NCBI RefSeq assembly: GCF_000738915.1
Contig: NW_026515637.1
Location: 620,001 to 684,000 of the forward strand
Source: Nematocida ausubeli
Lineage: Eukaryota
Direction of reading: 5' to 3'
Length of the DNA stretch: 64,000 bases
The translations under genes and the position numbers were made by a program. Each line of letters starts with the position of its first letter. Positions within the stretch are counted from its first letter, which is position 1. The notes beneath the pieces are model-generated. The model searched no databases. It saw only the letters and a list, made by a program, of their open reading frames with translations, and was not told where the DNA came from. Of the stretch, positions 1-10,055 are shown one piece after another.

Positions 1-17
1 GTCAAAATATATTTTTA

Positions 18-1430
18 TTACGAAGTGTTCTCATATTCTGTAAGTACATTGTATAAATTATTAAATTTAGAAAGACTGCGCTCTCTTGCACACAACTGAG
101 ATTTAAGCCGGTTAAGAGTATTAAGTGTCCAGTGGAATTTGTCTGATATGCCAACATATAATAAATACCAAATAGAATAATCTTCAGGCAGCATATCATA
201 GACCTGAAGAATTAGCTCATCCGGAATATGCTCTTTCTCGCATATGTACACGAACTACAGAAAATATACAATCTTATTGATGCAACCAGCAGAATTTCCA
301 CTTTGAGAGATGTGCTGTTTGATTTTTTGCAAGTAAACTAGATTTTCGTTCTGAAACAAGCAGTTGAAAATATCTCTTCCTTGCAGCTTGAACTTAAATG
401 GGTTATTAGAGCATCTGCCAGATCGATCTGTTGATATAAATGCTTTTAAGCAGCTAAAAAGTGCGTCTGGGTTATTCATATCAAGCAGGTATTCAAAGAT
501 GTCGATGGTCTGTGTGGTGTGCAGAAGTATTTCTGCATACTTTTGCTTGCTAAGGAGAATATTCGGATAGAGGTCTGTGGCCTTGCTGTAAACCAAGCTA
601 GGAAGAACTTCTTCCTGCACTCTTTTATTGCTGAGGTCAATGCTTCCCAGAAGGTTTGATGTAAATATTATGAAAGGATGCTCCTTAGTCAGCTTTATGC
701 CTAAGGCATGCGCATATATCAAAGAGCACTCTATAAGCTTTTTTTTGTATTCAATTCCTTCGATCTTTTTGCACATTAGCAGAGCGTCCATAGACTCTAC
801 ATCCTTTCGAAGTGCATGAAGGATCTCTTGCTTTGGGGGAATGCATCTCTTCTCATAAGATGTGATGTCGTTGATTTTATTCTGAATATACATATTAAGC
901 AGTGAGCCAAGCAGAGATGCTTTATCCGTGCATGCATTCTTCACATGCATAAGCGCATCCAAAAAATCTTGCGAAATAACCTGATATGGCTGTGGAATCT
1001 GTATGGTTGTATGGCCGCTGTAGAAAAATAGATTTATGCTATTTTCCACGTCATTTAATGCGTATGTTATTGATATGGCCCCAAATATGTCAAACACACC
1101 ATCGCTTCGAATGCATTTTTCCAAAAAGCATTTGATTTCTACGTTTTTATTCTTAGAAAGCTGCTTAAATAGATGCTGCACGCATTCTTCTACCTCAAAA
1201 TAAAGGTTGCAATGAATAGAAACATCGCTACTGCAGATTCTTTCAGTGAAGCTGTCCAGAGCATTCTGCCATTCATCGTAGATACCTGCCACTTTGCAAA
1301 TAACAGTCAGAATATTTATCAGGCCGCTCCTAATTTCATTTCCATTCAGCTTGTATGCAATCTGTGGGCAGTCTTGTATGAACATATATTAGTGCATATT
1401 ATTGAAATATTTTGTGAATAATTCTTCTAT
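18..1430 (-). pseudogene. 5'-truncated, stop-interrupted member of the large secreted family (NemLGF1-like)
   Basis: ORF 255..1385 aligns by eye to the C-terminal half of 26471..29179 (CPQIAYKLNGNEIRSGLINIL vs NPEIDYKKEKNELIAGISNIF; HPFIIFTSNLLGSI vs TRFTANILGSV). An in-frame TAG at 255-257 sits at a Trp conserved in the paralogue (YFL*FVYICEK vs YICWFIHACTD) and the frame continues to 18. There is a second in-frame TAA at 1389-1391 and no N-terminal half or signal peptide. Confidence 0.75.
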
Positions 1431-1710
1431 TTCTGCCCCTTTAAGCTTCACCAATTAAAACAATTTAACTAGCCAATTATACAATTTGAAGAGAAATGCA
1501 TTAGTATGCTATGTGGTAGGATATGCAGCATCAAGATAAATAGATGGCTTAAATCAAGTGAGAAGGAGCCTAAGGCCAGCTTAAATTTCATTCATACAGA
1601 ATATTCGGTCTAAGAAATCACAGAATATAGATGCAGTTACAAAGAGAAAGCACTATGGAAGATGCATGTGAAAATGCATTTTAAACCATTTGGCACGGAG
1701 TGAATTATTA

Positions 1711-2385
1711 ATGCCAGGAGAAGCACAAAAAGAAGAGGCAGTGCAGATAGAGTACAAAATAAACACGAAGAAGCTGAAGAAAGCAGCAAATGCATTCTAT
1801 ATATCAATGGAAGGAGCAATAAAGAATGCAAAAATATCAAGCGCAGAGGAACTACTAGATAATCTACTGAAAAAGCTAAACTCACTCCCAATTACATTCA
1901 TAGAAATGAACATCTCAAATAGCCGGGCAGAAAAGGCTGTCAAAAGGCTTTTAAAAGAAAAGTTAAGGGAAAGCCTAGAAATAGGTGAGCTGCACAAAGT
2001 AGCATCTGAAGAGCTAAACAAGGAAATTATGGATGAGATGGATAGTTCTTTTCTTGCATCATCTAAACCAGAAAAGACACCCAGAAAGAAGAGCAAGAAG
2101 ACAATGAAAGAAACAGTCTTCAAGTTATTTGAGCAGCAAGCCGCAATAACAGTAGATGAAGCAGTAAGCCTAGGATACAAAGCCATAGCCAAAAAAGTTC
2201 TTTCACAGAAAGAAGTCTCACTGGCAGCAGAGAAAGCACAGAATTCCCCCATTATAGTCATCAAGGAGACTGCGCATTGCTACAACCTCTTCAGAGAAGT
2301 AGGTGCTGTATCAGTGATAATTGGTGGAATTGAGCTGATTTCTCTTTTTATTTGCTTGGCTGCATATTATTGGGGGTGGGCGTAA
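1711..2385 (+). CDS. Hypothetical Lys/Glu-rich protein with a single C-terminal transmembrane segment
   Basis: Open frame from 1690 (TTG); first ATG at 1711; C-terminal hydrophobic stretch VSVIIGGIELISLFICLAAYYWGWA. Start uncertain. Confidence 0.6.
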   Translation: MPGEAQKEEAVQIEYKINTKKLKKAANAFYISMEGAIKNAKISSAEELLDNLLKKLNSLPITFIEMNISNSRAEKAVKRLLKEKLRESLEIGELHKVASEELNKEIMDEMDSSFLASSKPEKTPRKKSKKTMKETVFKLFEQQAAITVDEAVSLGYKAIAKKVLSQKEVSLAAEKAQNSPIIVIKETAHCYNLFREVGAVSVIIGGIELISLFICLAAYYWGWA

Positions 2386-2756
2386 ATCATCAGTAGAGTG
2401 CACTCTCTTCAGAATATATTCAATAAAATGCACATGCTTCAATTTGTACTTAAAAGTGCCTTTTTATACCTGAGTAATTTATAAAGAAAATGCAAAAGAT
2501 GCATCCAGAATATATCAAGGCAAAACACATGTATAACGACATTATCAACTATCTGCAGGTTTATGCAAGAATAAATTTATGGCAACTCATATTATATATT
2601 ATAGTGTAATTTAAATCTTTATTAAAATTATGTTTATTTTCTGCTTAGATATAGAGATATTAAATCAGTTATAGCCAAATAATAACCGAAATTGCATAAA
2701 CAATCAAAAAGACTGCCCATCCATAATTATCAGTTATTTTAGCATATAGACTCTAT

Positions 2757-3494
2757 TTATGCTCTATTTCTGGATCTATTTGTTTTTCTGCTATCTGTAA
2801 CCTTTTTTAAAATCGGTGGAATAATTATAGGTATACTAATAAGAGTATTTATAGTGCCAATAAAAATAGAAAGCATATAAGCATAGTGCAGTGCAAACAT
2901 GATATAGTAGATAGCATCTTTCCCTGTTTTAAGTGCTAAACTGGATAGGCACTTAGTATATATAGAAGAGCTTTCAGTTATAATAGTGTACATTGCCATC
3001 AATAGAGAGAAGAAGTAGAGCATATTCCGAGCTACTCTTCTTTTCTTGGAAGGCACGCAGGAAATAAGAATGGTCTTAAGAAGAAGAGCAAAAAGTGGAA
3101 GTAGCACTGCAAGTCCTGTTGCAATTAGTGTCTCCTTATTTTTTGGCCAATTTTTAGCACACTCTTTGAACTCCATGTAAGCATACATACTTGAAAATAG
3201 AAACATTCCAATTCCAAAGAAAGATGTGACAATTGAAATAATGAAACGACATGCACTATTATATAGTGAGTCTGAGTTCTTTGATGCCTTAAAGGTAGTT
3301 TTAAGCATATATTCGTACGAGAATAGAAGTATTCCAGCAAATAGAAAGTTATACATAGCTATTCTTATTAAACACAGAATATCCTCTGCCCTATTTGCAC
3401 CGTGTGATCTCAGTAGACGGCACAATTCAACTATCATATTATAATTAGTCTTTTGGATTACAGTTTTTTCAAATTCATTGATGCTGCTGCTCAT
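2757..3494 (-). CDS. Multi-pass membrane protein (about 5-6 TM), tandem family member 1
   Basis: 245 aa with repeated hydrophobic helices; N-terminus INEFEKTVIQKTNY resembles the neighbour's IEAEKTVLQKKNY. Confidence 0.75.
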   Translation of the reverse strand: MSSSINEFEKTVIQKTNYNMIVELCRLLRSHGANRAEDILCLIRIAMYNFLFAGILLFSYEYMLKTTFKASKNSDSLYNSACRFIISIVTSFFGIGMFLFSSMYAYMEFKECAKNWPKNKETLIATGLAVLLPLFALLLKTILISCVPSKKRRVARNMLYFFSLLMAMYTIITESSSIYTKCLSSLALKTGKDAIYYIMFALHYAYMLSIFIGTINTLISIPIIIPPILKKVTDSRKTNRSRNRA

Positions 3495-3677
3495 TAAATA
3501 TTTTATTTAATGCCCTATTTATACTTCAATTCAAGGGGAAATATTACTCCTGTCAATATTTTCTATATGACAGCCACCTCCTATCATATCTACTAGTAGA
3601 CCAAGCATAGTGTGAATGTGCTATTTTATATGGGTTTTTGTATGAAAATACTCTGCCAATTGCAGCCTTTGTCTTTA

Positions 3678-4403
3678 TCACAGTGATAAGTATGGAGATG
3701 TGGTAAACAATGAAAAAGACTGGGCTATGTATTTGAATGTGTATATTCCAGCTAGACCAAGTATACTGCAAAGTATTACCAGAATAGTAAAGATATATAC
3801 GCACTTAACAAAAAATGTGATTTTATCCCAGAATGTATTCCCAACTGTAAAGTATGCGCGCGCACTAGGAAGCCTAATTAGTTCAGTGAATATGAAAAAA
3901 AGGGTTATGTTCCCTGTTAGAGTATACAGGATTGGTGCGCTTGTTTGGTTCTTCAGGATGTACAGCCCAATTGGATACACAATAAGTGTTTTCACTAGAT
4001 TAGTTACCACAAAAGAACTGCCCAGCAAAAAGGCCATGGCTTTTTTGAATAAAGAATCCGTTTCTTGTGAATTTCCCTGGGTAGCCAGTGAGTAGAAGTA
4101 CTTCTCTGCGTCTAAAAGTAGGCCCAGCCCAAGTATTGATGTAATCAAGCGGATAACCTTCTGGGCAAGTACTTTATACATGGGGCCTGGATTTAGTACA
4201 GCAGATACCATGATGAGAAGCGTTATTTCAACGGAAAACAGTAAAATTGCCATTCTCCCAATATTTTGTACGATCTTTCCACAAAGAAGAATTTTAGAGT
4301 ACTCTTCTCCATCTGCATATTTCTTAATATCTTCCCATATATTCTTTAATTCCATGTAATTCTTTTTTTGAAGAACTGTTTTCTCAGCTTCTATGGAATT
4401 CAT
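3678..4403 (-). CDS. Multi-pass membrane protein, tandem family member 2
   Basis: 241 aa with the same hydrophobic pattern as 2757..3494; shared EKTVxQKxNY and R(L/F)IxSIxxxG motifs. Confidence 0.75.
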   Translation of the reverse strand: MNSIEAEKTVLQKKNYMELKNIWEDIKKYADGEEYSKILLCGKIVQNIGRMAILLFSVEITLLIMVSAVLNPGPMYKVLAQKVIRLITSILGLGLLLDAEKYFYSLATQGNSQETDSLFKKAMAFLLGSSFVVTNLVKTLIVYPIGLYILKNQTSAPILYTLTGNITLFFIFTELIRLPSARAYFTVGNTFWDKITFFVKCVYIFTILVILCSILGLAGIYTFKYIAQSFSLFTTSPYLSL

Positions 4404-4614
4404 CAGTGCTAAAAATTTAATTTTTGTGCATGCATATGAACATCAAAAAAACAATAAAATTCCATGGAAATATAATAGAATGAATTGGCTTAAATAACTG
4501 ACCATAAAGTGACATAAATATCAATAAGAAAGTCATCTCCATGTGGCTGTAAATATAATCTAGTATAACTGAATAATCGAATAGTTTTAGTTTATTTTCT
4601 GGTTATATCTAGAG

Positions 4615-5376
4615 TTATGCCTTTGTGTGTAGGCCTATTTTAAGTCCTTTTGGTGCTGCTGTATTTAAGATCATTTTGTAATTATAAATATCCGCGCGCA
4701 TAGTGTATACTACTACGCCCAGGAAGGAAATTATAAAGCATGCGTACAAGAAGTGGGCCACTGTGTAAATGCGCTTTTCTTTGTCTCCTGCAGGACTATT
4801 AAGGTATGGTAGAATTGTTCTAAGTATGGAAAGTAGTTCTATACCGGAAATACCAACTACAATGCAGAGTAATGTTCTTGCATATTTATCCAGTTGCAAC
4901 GGGTATGTTGAGATTATTTCCATGGAAATGGAGCTTGCTATGTATACGCAGGGCACAATCATGGCTACTTTAAATATTCGCAGGATAATTGATTTTATGA
5001 AATTACTTGTTGGGATATTCTGGCAAATGTGCCTGGTCTGGAAGATATCCAGGACGGGCTCTTTTAGTGCACTGCAAAGCATGCCAACAGAGAGAAAAGC
5101 ACCCACTCCATCTAATATATGCGTTAAATTATCTCTATTTAAATTTACAAATGAATTTCGTATAGCAACAGAGTATAACGTCAGCTGGAAAAGTATTAGC
5201 AAAAGAAAAAGCACTGTAAGAGGTATGTACAACTGGAATAAAACCATTGTAAGAGTGCTTCCTGGCTTACCCAGTGAGTAAAACACCATTCCATGGGAAA
5301 GGTCTAAAGCACTTTTCCGGAAGTACTTCTGGATCAGGGTTTCCATCCGGATTTCTTTACCTTTTTCATTTATCAT
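4615..5376 (-). CDS. Multi-pass membrane protein, probable divergent tandem family member 3
   Basis: Open frame to 5442; likely start MINEKGKEIRMETLIQK at 5376; several hydrophobic helices; same strand and similar size as its neighbours. Confidence 0.65.
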   Translation of the reverse strand: MINEKGKEIRMETLIQKYFRKSALDLSHGMVFYSLGKPGSTLTMVLFQLYIPLTVLFLLLILFQLTLYSVAIRNSFVNLNRDNLTHILDGVGAFLSVGMLCSALKEPVLDIFQTRHICQNIPTSNFIKSIILRIFKVAMIVPCVYIASSISMEIISTYPLQLDKYARTLLCIVVGISGIELLSILRTILPYLNSPAGDKEKRIYTVAHFLYACFIISFLGVVVYTMRADIYNYKMILNTAAPKGLKIGLHTKA

Positions 5377-6176
5377 CACATAATAAAATATTTTCTTAAT
5401 TATAAATCTAATTAACGGAAAAATGACAATAAATATTGTCATGCATAAAAGAATGTAATATTCCAGCCAGAAAGCACTAGTATATGTGTATACCCTGAAT
5501 ATAAAGGGTATTTTATTCTATCACTTAGTCTGTGCCTTTGATATCTATGTCCTTTTATATTTTTATTCAATATATTTATTGCTATTGTCAGGTTCCATCT
5601 TCTTTTAATATTCTCTCATAATTTAGTAGAGTACTCTTCTGGTATACGAATATTCTGGAAAGTGAAAATATAAATTGATATTTTCATAGCCTCAGAATAA
5701 TTATCTGTGATTTTACCATAATATCATTATATTCCTGTACGGTGCCTTTGTATTTTATATCCTGGTCCTTTGTCTTTTCCCAGTCATAAGATATTTTATG
5801 TTGCATACTGCACTACTGCACTAAGAATATGCCTGAAATAACCAAAATAGTCTTATTTAGAGGCACTACAATAGAAGTTGAATATTAAGAGGATTTCATG
5901 CATATTTGCAGTTACGTGATCACTGGGTCTAATTACACTTGAATAAATAATAGATCATTTTCACCCCAGGATAAATAAAATTACACTAAGCAAAGACACT
6001 CTCTGCATGGAATAAATTCCCCAAATTAAATATGCAGAAGCTAAAGAATAAATTTATAAGTAGTGCACAGAAATATAGAAAGAAAGAGACAGAATCTACC
6101 AATTAATATATAGGAGAGTCTAACTGATAATTGGATCATTCCATAAGAATGAAAATTGCCAACCAGGGGATACAAA

Positions 6177-7181
6177 ATGAACAGTGCATATGCATATTAC
6201 ACAGTGAATTGGAGCATACTTGAAAGGGCAGCAGAGACAAGAGTATCAGAGTACATTAATGCAACGAAAAATATCAATATAAGGAGTGCTGTTGTATTCC
6301 CACTTTCACCACATAAAATGGTTATTATAACTGTAATAAAAGAGTGTCTAGTCAGAAATATGGAGAACAAAATGACAGAAGAATTAGAGCATGCAGTTCA
6401 CCTGTATATTGATTATGAAGCCAGAAGGTCACCCATCTTCAAAAGAACTTCTGATGATTTAATGCAACTTCTGACAAATATCCCAACAAAGACAATTTTA
6501 GCAAGTATTTTAAGAAAATTCAAAGACTCTTTGAAGGAATTTCTTGGAAACCTCCAGGAAGAGTTAAATCTCTTCTTGCATGGGAATTTAAAGAAGCCAG
6601 AAGATATGCACACCCTTGCAAATCAGCTGGAAATAACATGCAAGATTAATTCTCTAGAAATCTCTCAACAAGAAAGTAAAAAACCGTTAGAAATACTTCT
6701 CACCTTATACGCCCAGGAGAAAGGCACTCAGTCAGGAGCACTTAAAGAAAGGATGGAAATATTAGGATTAAATGTGCACCCAGAATATAATGAAGGGGAA
6801 ATGGGATATTTAAAGGAATTTATGCTAAGCAAGTATAAAGTTATAATAGGGGAAGTGCCAGTATTCAAAAGTGCACAAGAATTATTTGATGCATGGGAAA
6901 TAGGACAGAAAGAAATTGCATATTTGGAGGAAATTAGAAGATACTACAACAGAGTAATAAGAAGCATCAAGCACACACCAGAGTACACTAAAAATATAAT
7001 CCAAATAGACTTAATTAAGGCAGGCCTAATGAGTACCACTAAGAAGAGAGAAATCCTTAAAGAAGTCACCAAGAAGTACCGGAAGTTCAAAAAAGTAATA
7101 ACTGTTGTAGGAATATTTTCAGTTATAATATTTATGATTGGCTTTGTTATCCATAGAAGTGATAAAAACAAGCACCCATAG
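6177..7181 (+). CDS. Hypothetical helical protein with a C-terminal TM anchor
   Basis: 334 aa from ATG 6177; basic patch KKYRKFKK followed by VITVVGIFSVIIFMIGFVI near the C-terminus. Confidence 0.75.
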   Translation: MNSAYAYYTVNWSILERAAETRVSEYINATKNINIRSAVVFPLSPHKMVIITVIKECLVRNMENKMTEELEHAVHLYIDYEARRSPIFKRTSDDLMQLLTNIPTKTILASILRKFKDSLKEFLGNLQEELNLFLHGNLKKPEDMHTLANQLEITCKINSLEISQQESKKPLEILLTLYAQEKGTQSGALKERMEILGLNVHPEYNEGEMGYLKEFMLSKYKVIIGEVPVFKSAQELFDAWEIGQKEIAYLEEIRRYYNRVIRSIKHTPEYTKNIIQIDLIKAGLMSTTKKREILKEVTKKYRKFKKVITVVGIFSVIIFMIGFVIHRSDKNKHP

Positions 7182-7404
7182 AGATATATTTGAATCTGTC
7201 TGCTTTATATTCAGTATATACGGCAGCAAACCATTTTTATTCAGATTTTATTTATGAATAGAACAAATACATACGCATCTCCATGGTGTAAATTAGTGCA
7301 CTAGTGCATTTTATGAAAAACCACCTGATTTCATTGTATATTCAATATATTCGTGTTATTATTGAATATATATTGAATTTATCATGCAAGTCTGCAGGGT
7401 ACTT

Positions 7405-7665
7405 CATTGAGTACTTATATACGGAATATTATATGTGAAATATATACGAATAATTATATGTGGGTTAATTTCATTAAATAGTTATATTTTGGTTAATTAT
7501 ATACTAGTTATATACGGGTAATTATATACGACTAATTATATACATGAATAATTTATATGTTGGTTAATTTCACTCAGTAATTTCACTCAGTACTTATATA
7601 CGAGAAATATACGAGAAATATACGAGAAATATATACTAGTTCTATACATGAAATACATACATATT
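7405..7665. repeat. Degenerate intergenic minisatellite (TATATACG / AATTATAT units)
   Basis: ATATACGAGAA occurs three times in tandem near 7597-7630; TAATTTCACTCAG occurs twice near 7565-7590; many degenerate copies. Confidence 0.6.
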
Positions 7666-7742
7666 CTTAGTCACAGTGCGTAGTATGCTCTTGAGGCACA
7701 GAAATAATAAAGGGTTAAAACTAAAAAATAAAGGCATTTCAT

Positions 7743-9401
7743 TTATTGGTGTCCAGAGGAAAGTAAAGAAGTCACGTACCCCCAGAATGCAAGGACTTTC
7801 TCTCCTGCATTTGCTTTTGAAGTGGCTGCTGTCATGGAATCCTTAAAAAGACTCTCTGCCTTAAGGATGCTTGATGAGTTTGCAGTAATTGGAGCACCAC
7901 TAATCACTAAATGACCATTTGTGAAGTTCTGTGCGAATGGTGGGATTGCAAGCCTTTGATCATCCTTGCTCAAAGACAAAGGATTATTCTTTCCTATGGA
8001 TATATTCTCCTGTGGTTTGAATGCTGCATTTGTCTTTGTTCCAAACAATCCTTGCCTAATTGAGTTATTTGAACTATCTTTTGCTTGGTCTTTTTTGTCT
8101 TTTTCTTTCTCTTTGTCTTTTCTCTCTTTCTTTTCTTCCTTCTGCAGATTCTTTTTGTCTTTTTCATCTACTGACTTTTCCTTCTTTATTTCCTTTTCAT
8201 CTGTTTTTACTTCTTTCTTTAAGTCTTTTATGATATCTTTGACATTTCCTTCAACAACTCCTTGGACTGTCTTTTCCACCTTGTCCAAGTGCTCTGTTTG
8301 TTTTTGTGTTATCATAATGTCTCCTTCTAGGTCAGTCTTTTTGTTCTTTTTTGTTTCCAGTGTCTTGCTATTATTTGCGATCTTCTTTTCAATTGACTCA
8401 ATCTTCTTCTCTGCTTGTTTCTCTTTGCTTTGGAATTTCTCTTTTGTTTTTGTCAGGTTCTTCTTCTGTTCTTCAACAATTTCTTCCTGCATCTTCTTTT
8501 CACTCTCAGTGACTGCAATGATTTGGTCAATCTTTGCCAGGTCCTTCTCCAAGGCAACTAATTTCTTGGTGGCTTCTTCCTTCTGTGACTTCAGGTCCTT
8601 CAGGGCCTTCTGGTTGGATTTTATTATAGATTCATTTGCTGTTTCATCTGCTTTTATTTTGTCAACATTTGCTACTTTAACGGACTTAACAGTACTTGCC
8701 TTAAATGAGGCATCATACGAGTCAGATGTAGTAGTAGGCAGGATTGGCTTGTAAATTGTAACCACCCGGATCTCAGTGACTGTAACTGTCTTAACAGAAG
8801 AAAGTGCACCACTTGTTGGTTTTGTACCAGAAGACACAGTGCTTGTCTTTCCCTTAGTTGAACTCTTTGTATCAGAAGACGCAGTGCTTTTTGGCTTACT
8901 TGAAGAACTTGTCTTTGGCTTTGTACTAGAACTGGTTGGTTTTGTCTTAGTTGAAGTGCTTGTCTTTGTCTTAGTTGAAGTACTTGTCTTTGGCTTAGCT
9001 GAACTCTTTGCACTGGAACTTGCTGTTTTTGTTTTGTCTTTTCCTTGGGTATTTTGTACGCTTGTAGTTGCTGCTGCATTATTCTTTGTGGATGTCTTGC
9101 TGGTTGGTATTTCTCCTGTGCGCGTGGGAAGTGGTGCACTTGACACACTTGAAGTTGGCTTTGTGCTTCTGTTGAAAATGTTCAAAAATGAAAAAGGCGA
9201 TGACTTCTTGTCTTCTTCTGGTTTCTCGTTTTCTGCACTTGGCTTTACTTCATTTTTACTCTCTTCAGAGGCACTCACTTTACTGGACTTTTCTTGCTTG
9301 TTCACTGAAGGCGCATCCAAGGTTATATTCTCTTTAGCAAATAATTCTCCTGCTACAACTGTAGATAATACAGTAAGCACAAAAAACTTCTTCATAATCA
9401 T
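7743..9401 (-). CDS. Secreted Ser/Thr/Lys-rich protein with coiled-coil (candidate spore wall or polar tube structural protein)
   Basis: Signal peptide MKKFFVLTVLSTVVAG; mucin-like S/T/K tract (TSTSTKTK repeats); Lys/Glu coiled-coil; no Cys. Function is inference. Confidence 0.8.
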   Translation of the reverse strand: MIMKKFFVLTVLSTVVAGELFAKENITLDAPSVNKQEKSSKVSASEESKNEVKPSAENEKPEEDKKSSPFSFLNIFNRSTKPTSSVSSAPLPTRTGEIPTSKTSTKNNAAATTSVQNTQGKDKTKTASSSAKSSAKPKTSTSTKTKTSTSTKTKPTSSSTKPKTSSSSKPKSTASSDTKSSTKGKTSTVSSGTKPTSGALSSVKTVTVTEIRVVTIYKPILPTTTSDSYDASFKASTVKSVKVANVDKIKADETANESIIKSNQKALKDLKSQKEEATKKLVALEKDLAKIDQIIAVTESEKKMQEEIVEEQKKNLTKTKEKFQSKEKQAEKKIESIEKKIANNSKTLETKKNKKTDLEGDIMITQKQTEHLDKVEKTVQGVVEGNVKDIIKDLKKEVKTDEKEIKKEKSVDEKDKKNLQKEEKKERKDKEKEKDKKDQAKDSSNNSIRQGLFGTKTNAAFKPQENISIGKNNPLSLSKDDQRLAIPPFAQNFTNGHLVISGAPITANSSSILKAESLFKDSMTAATSKANAGEKVLAFWGYVTSLLSSGHQ

Positions 9402-10055
9402 GCACCACAGATTCCATTAAATATACACCCATAATACACTGTTTCAGCGTATCCTAGCAACAAAAAACAAAACATTGTCATACGCCTGCACTTTCAAACT
9501 TTAATGAAGATAAGCCCAGAAATAACCCATTCATACACTAAATAAGATCTATATCAATTCTTACATGATAAAATCACTTTATCTTAATATATTCAGAAAC
9601 AGTCACTTTACTTTCCAAGCGAAAATAGATATTTAAGAAAATAAAGTTTTAAGAATATTTCTCTACAGGAAAGAGAAAAGAACAAATCAAAGGGAAAGAC
9701 AAAAAATAACCAGAATAAAATAATACTTCAGAAATAAGGCATACACTGCATAAATCACACAATAATCAACCAGGACATATTCTTATTAATATATATGAAT
9801 ATCTCACAGGATTTACTTCTACCATAAATAACCTACCCATTATATTCATAATAATCTATTCCTACTGCTTCTATACACTAAAATATACCATAATATAACC
9901 AAAAATAAGACAGTACATTTTAGTATCAAAAATAACAGAAATACATATAAATAACAGAAAGAAACTAACCACACACCAAGCAAACACCAAACAACCTACA
10001 CATAAAATATCTCAAATTAAGACCACCATAATTACATCAAACCAATTTATTCCAA

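Noticed and set aside
1441..1689. Decayed 5' part of the 1711..2385 gene
   Set aside because: Four in-frame stops in about 80 codons is what AT-rich non-coding DNA gives, and no homologue was available to test it.
7743..9401. Calling the Lys-rich secreted protein polar tube protein 2 (and its neighbour PTP1)
   Set aside because: PTP2 is shorter and has conserved cysteines; this protein has none, and no specific motif could be recognised.
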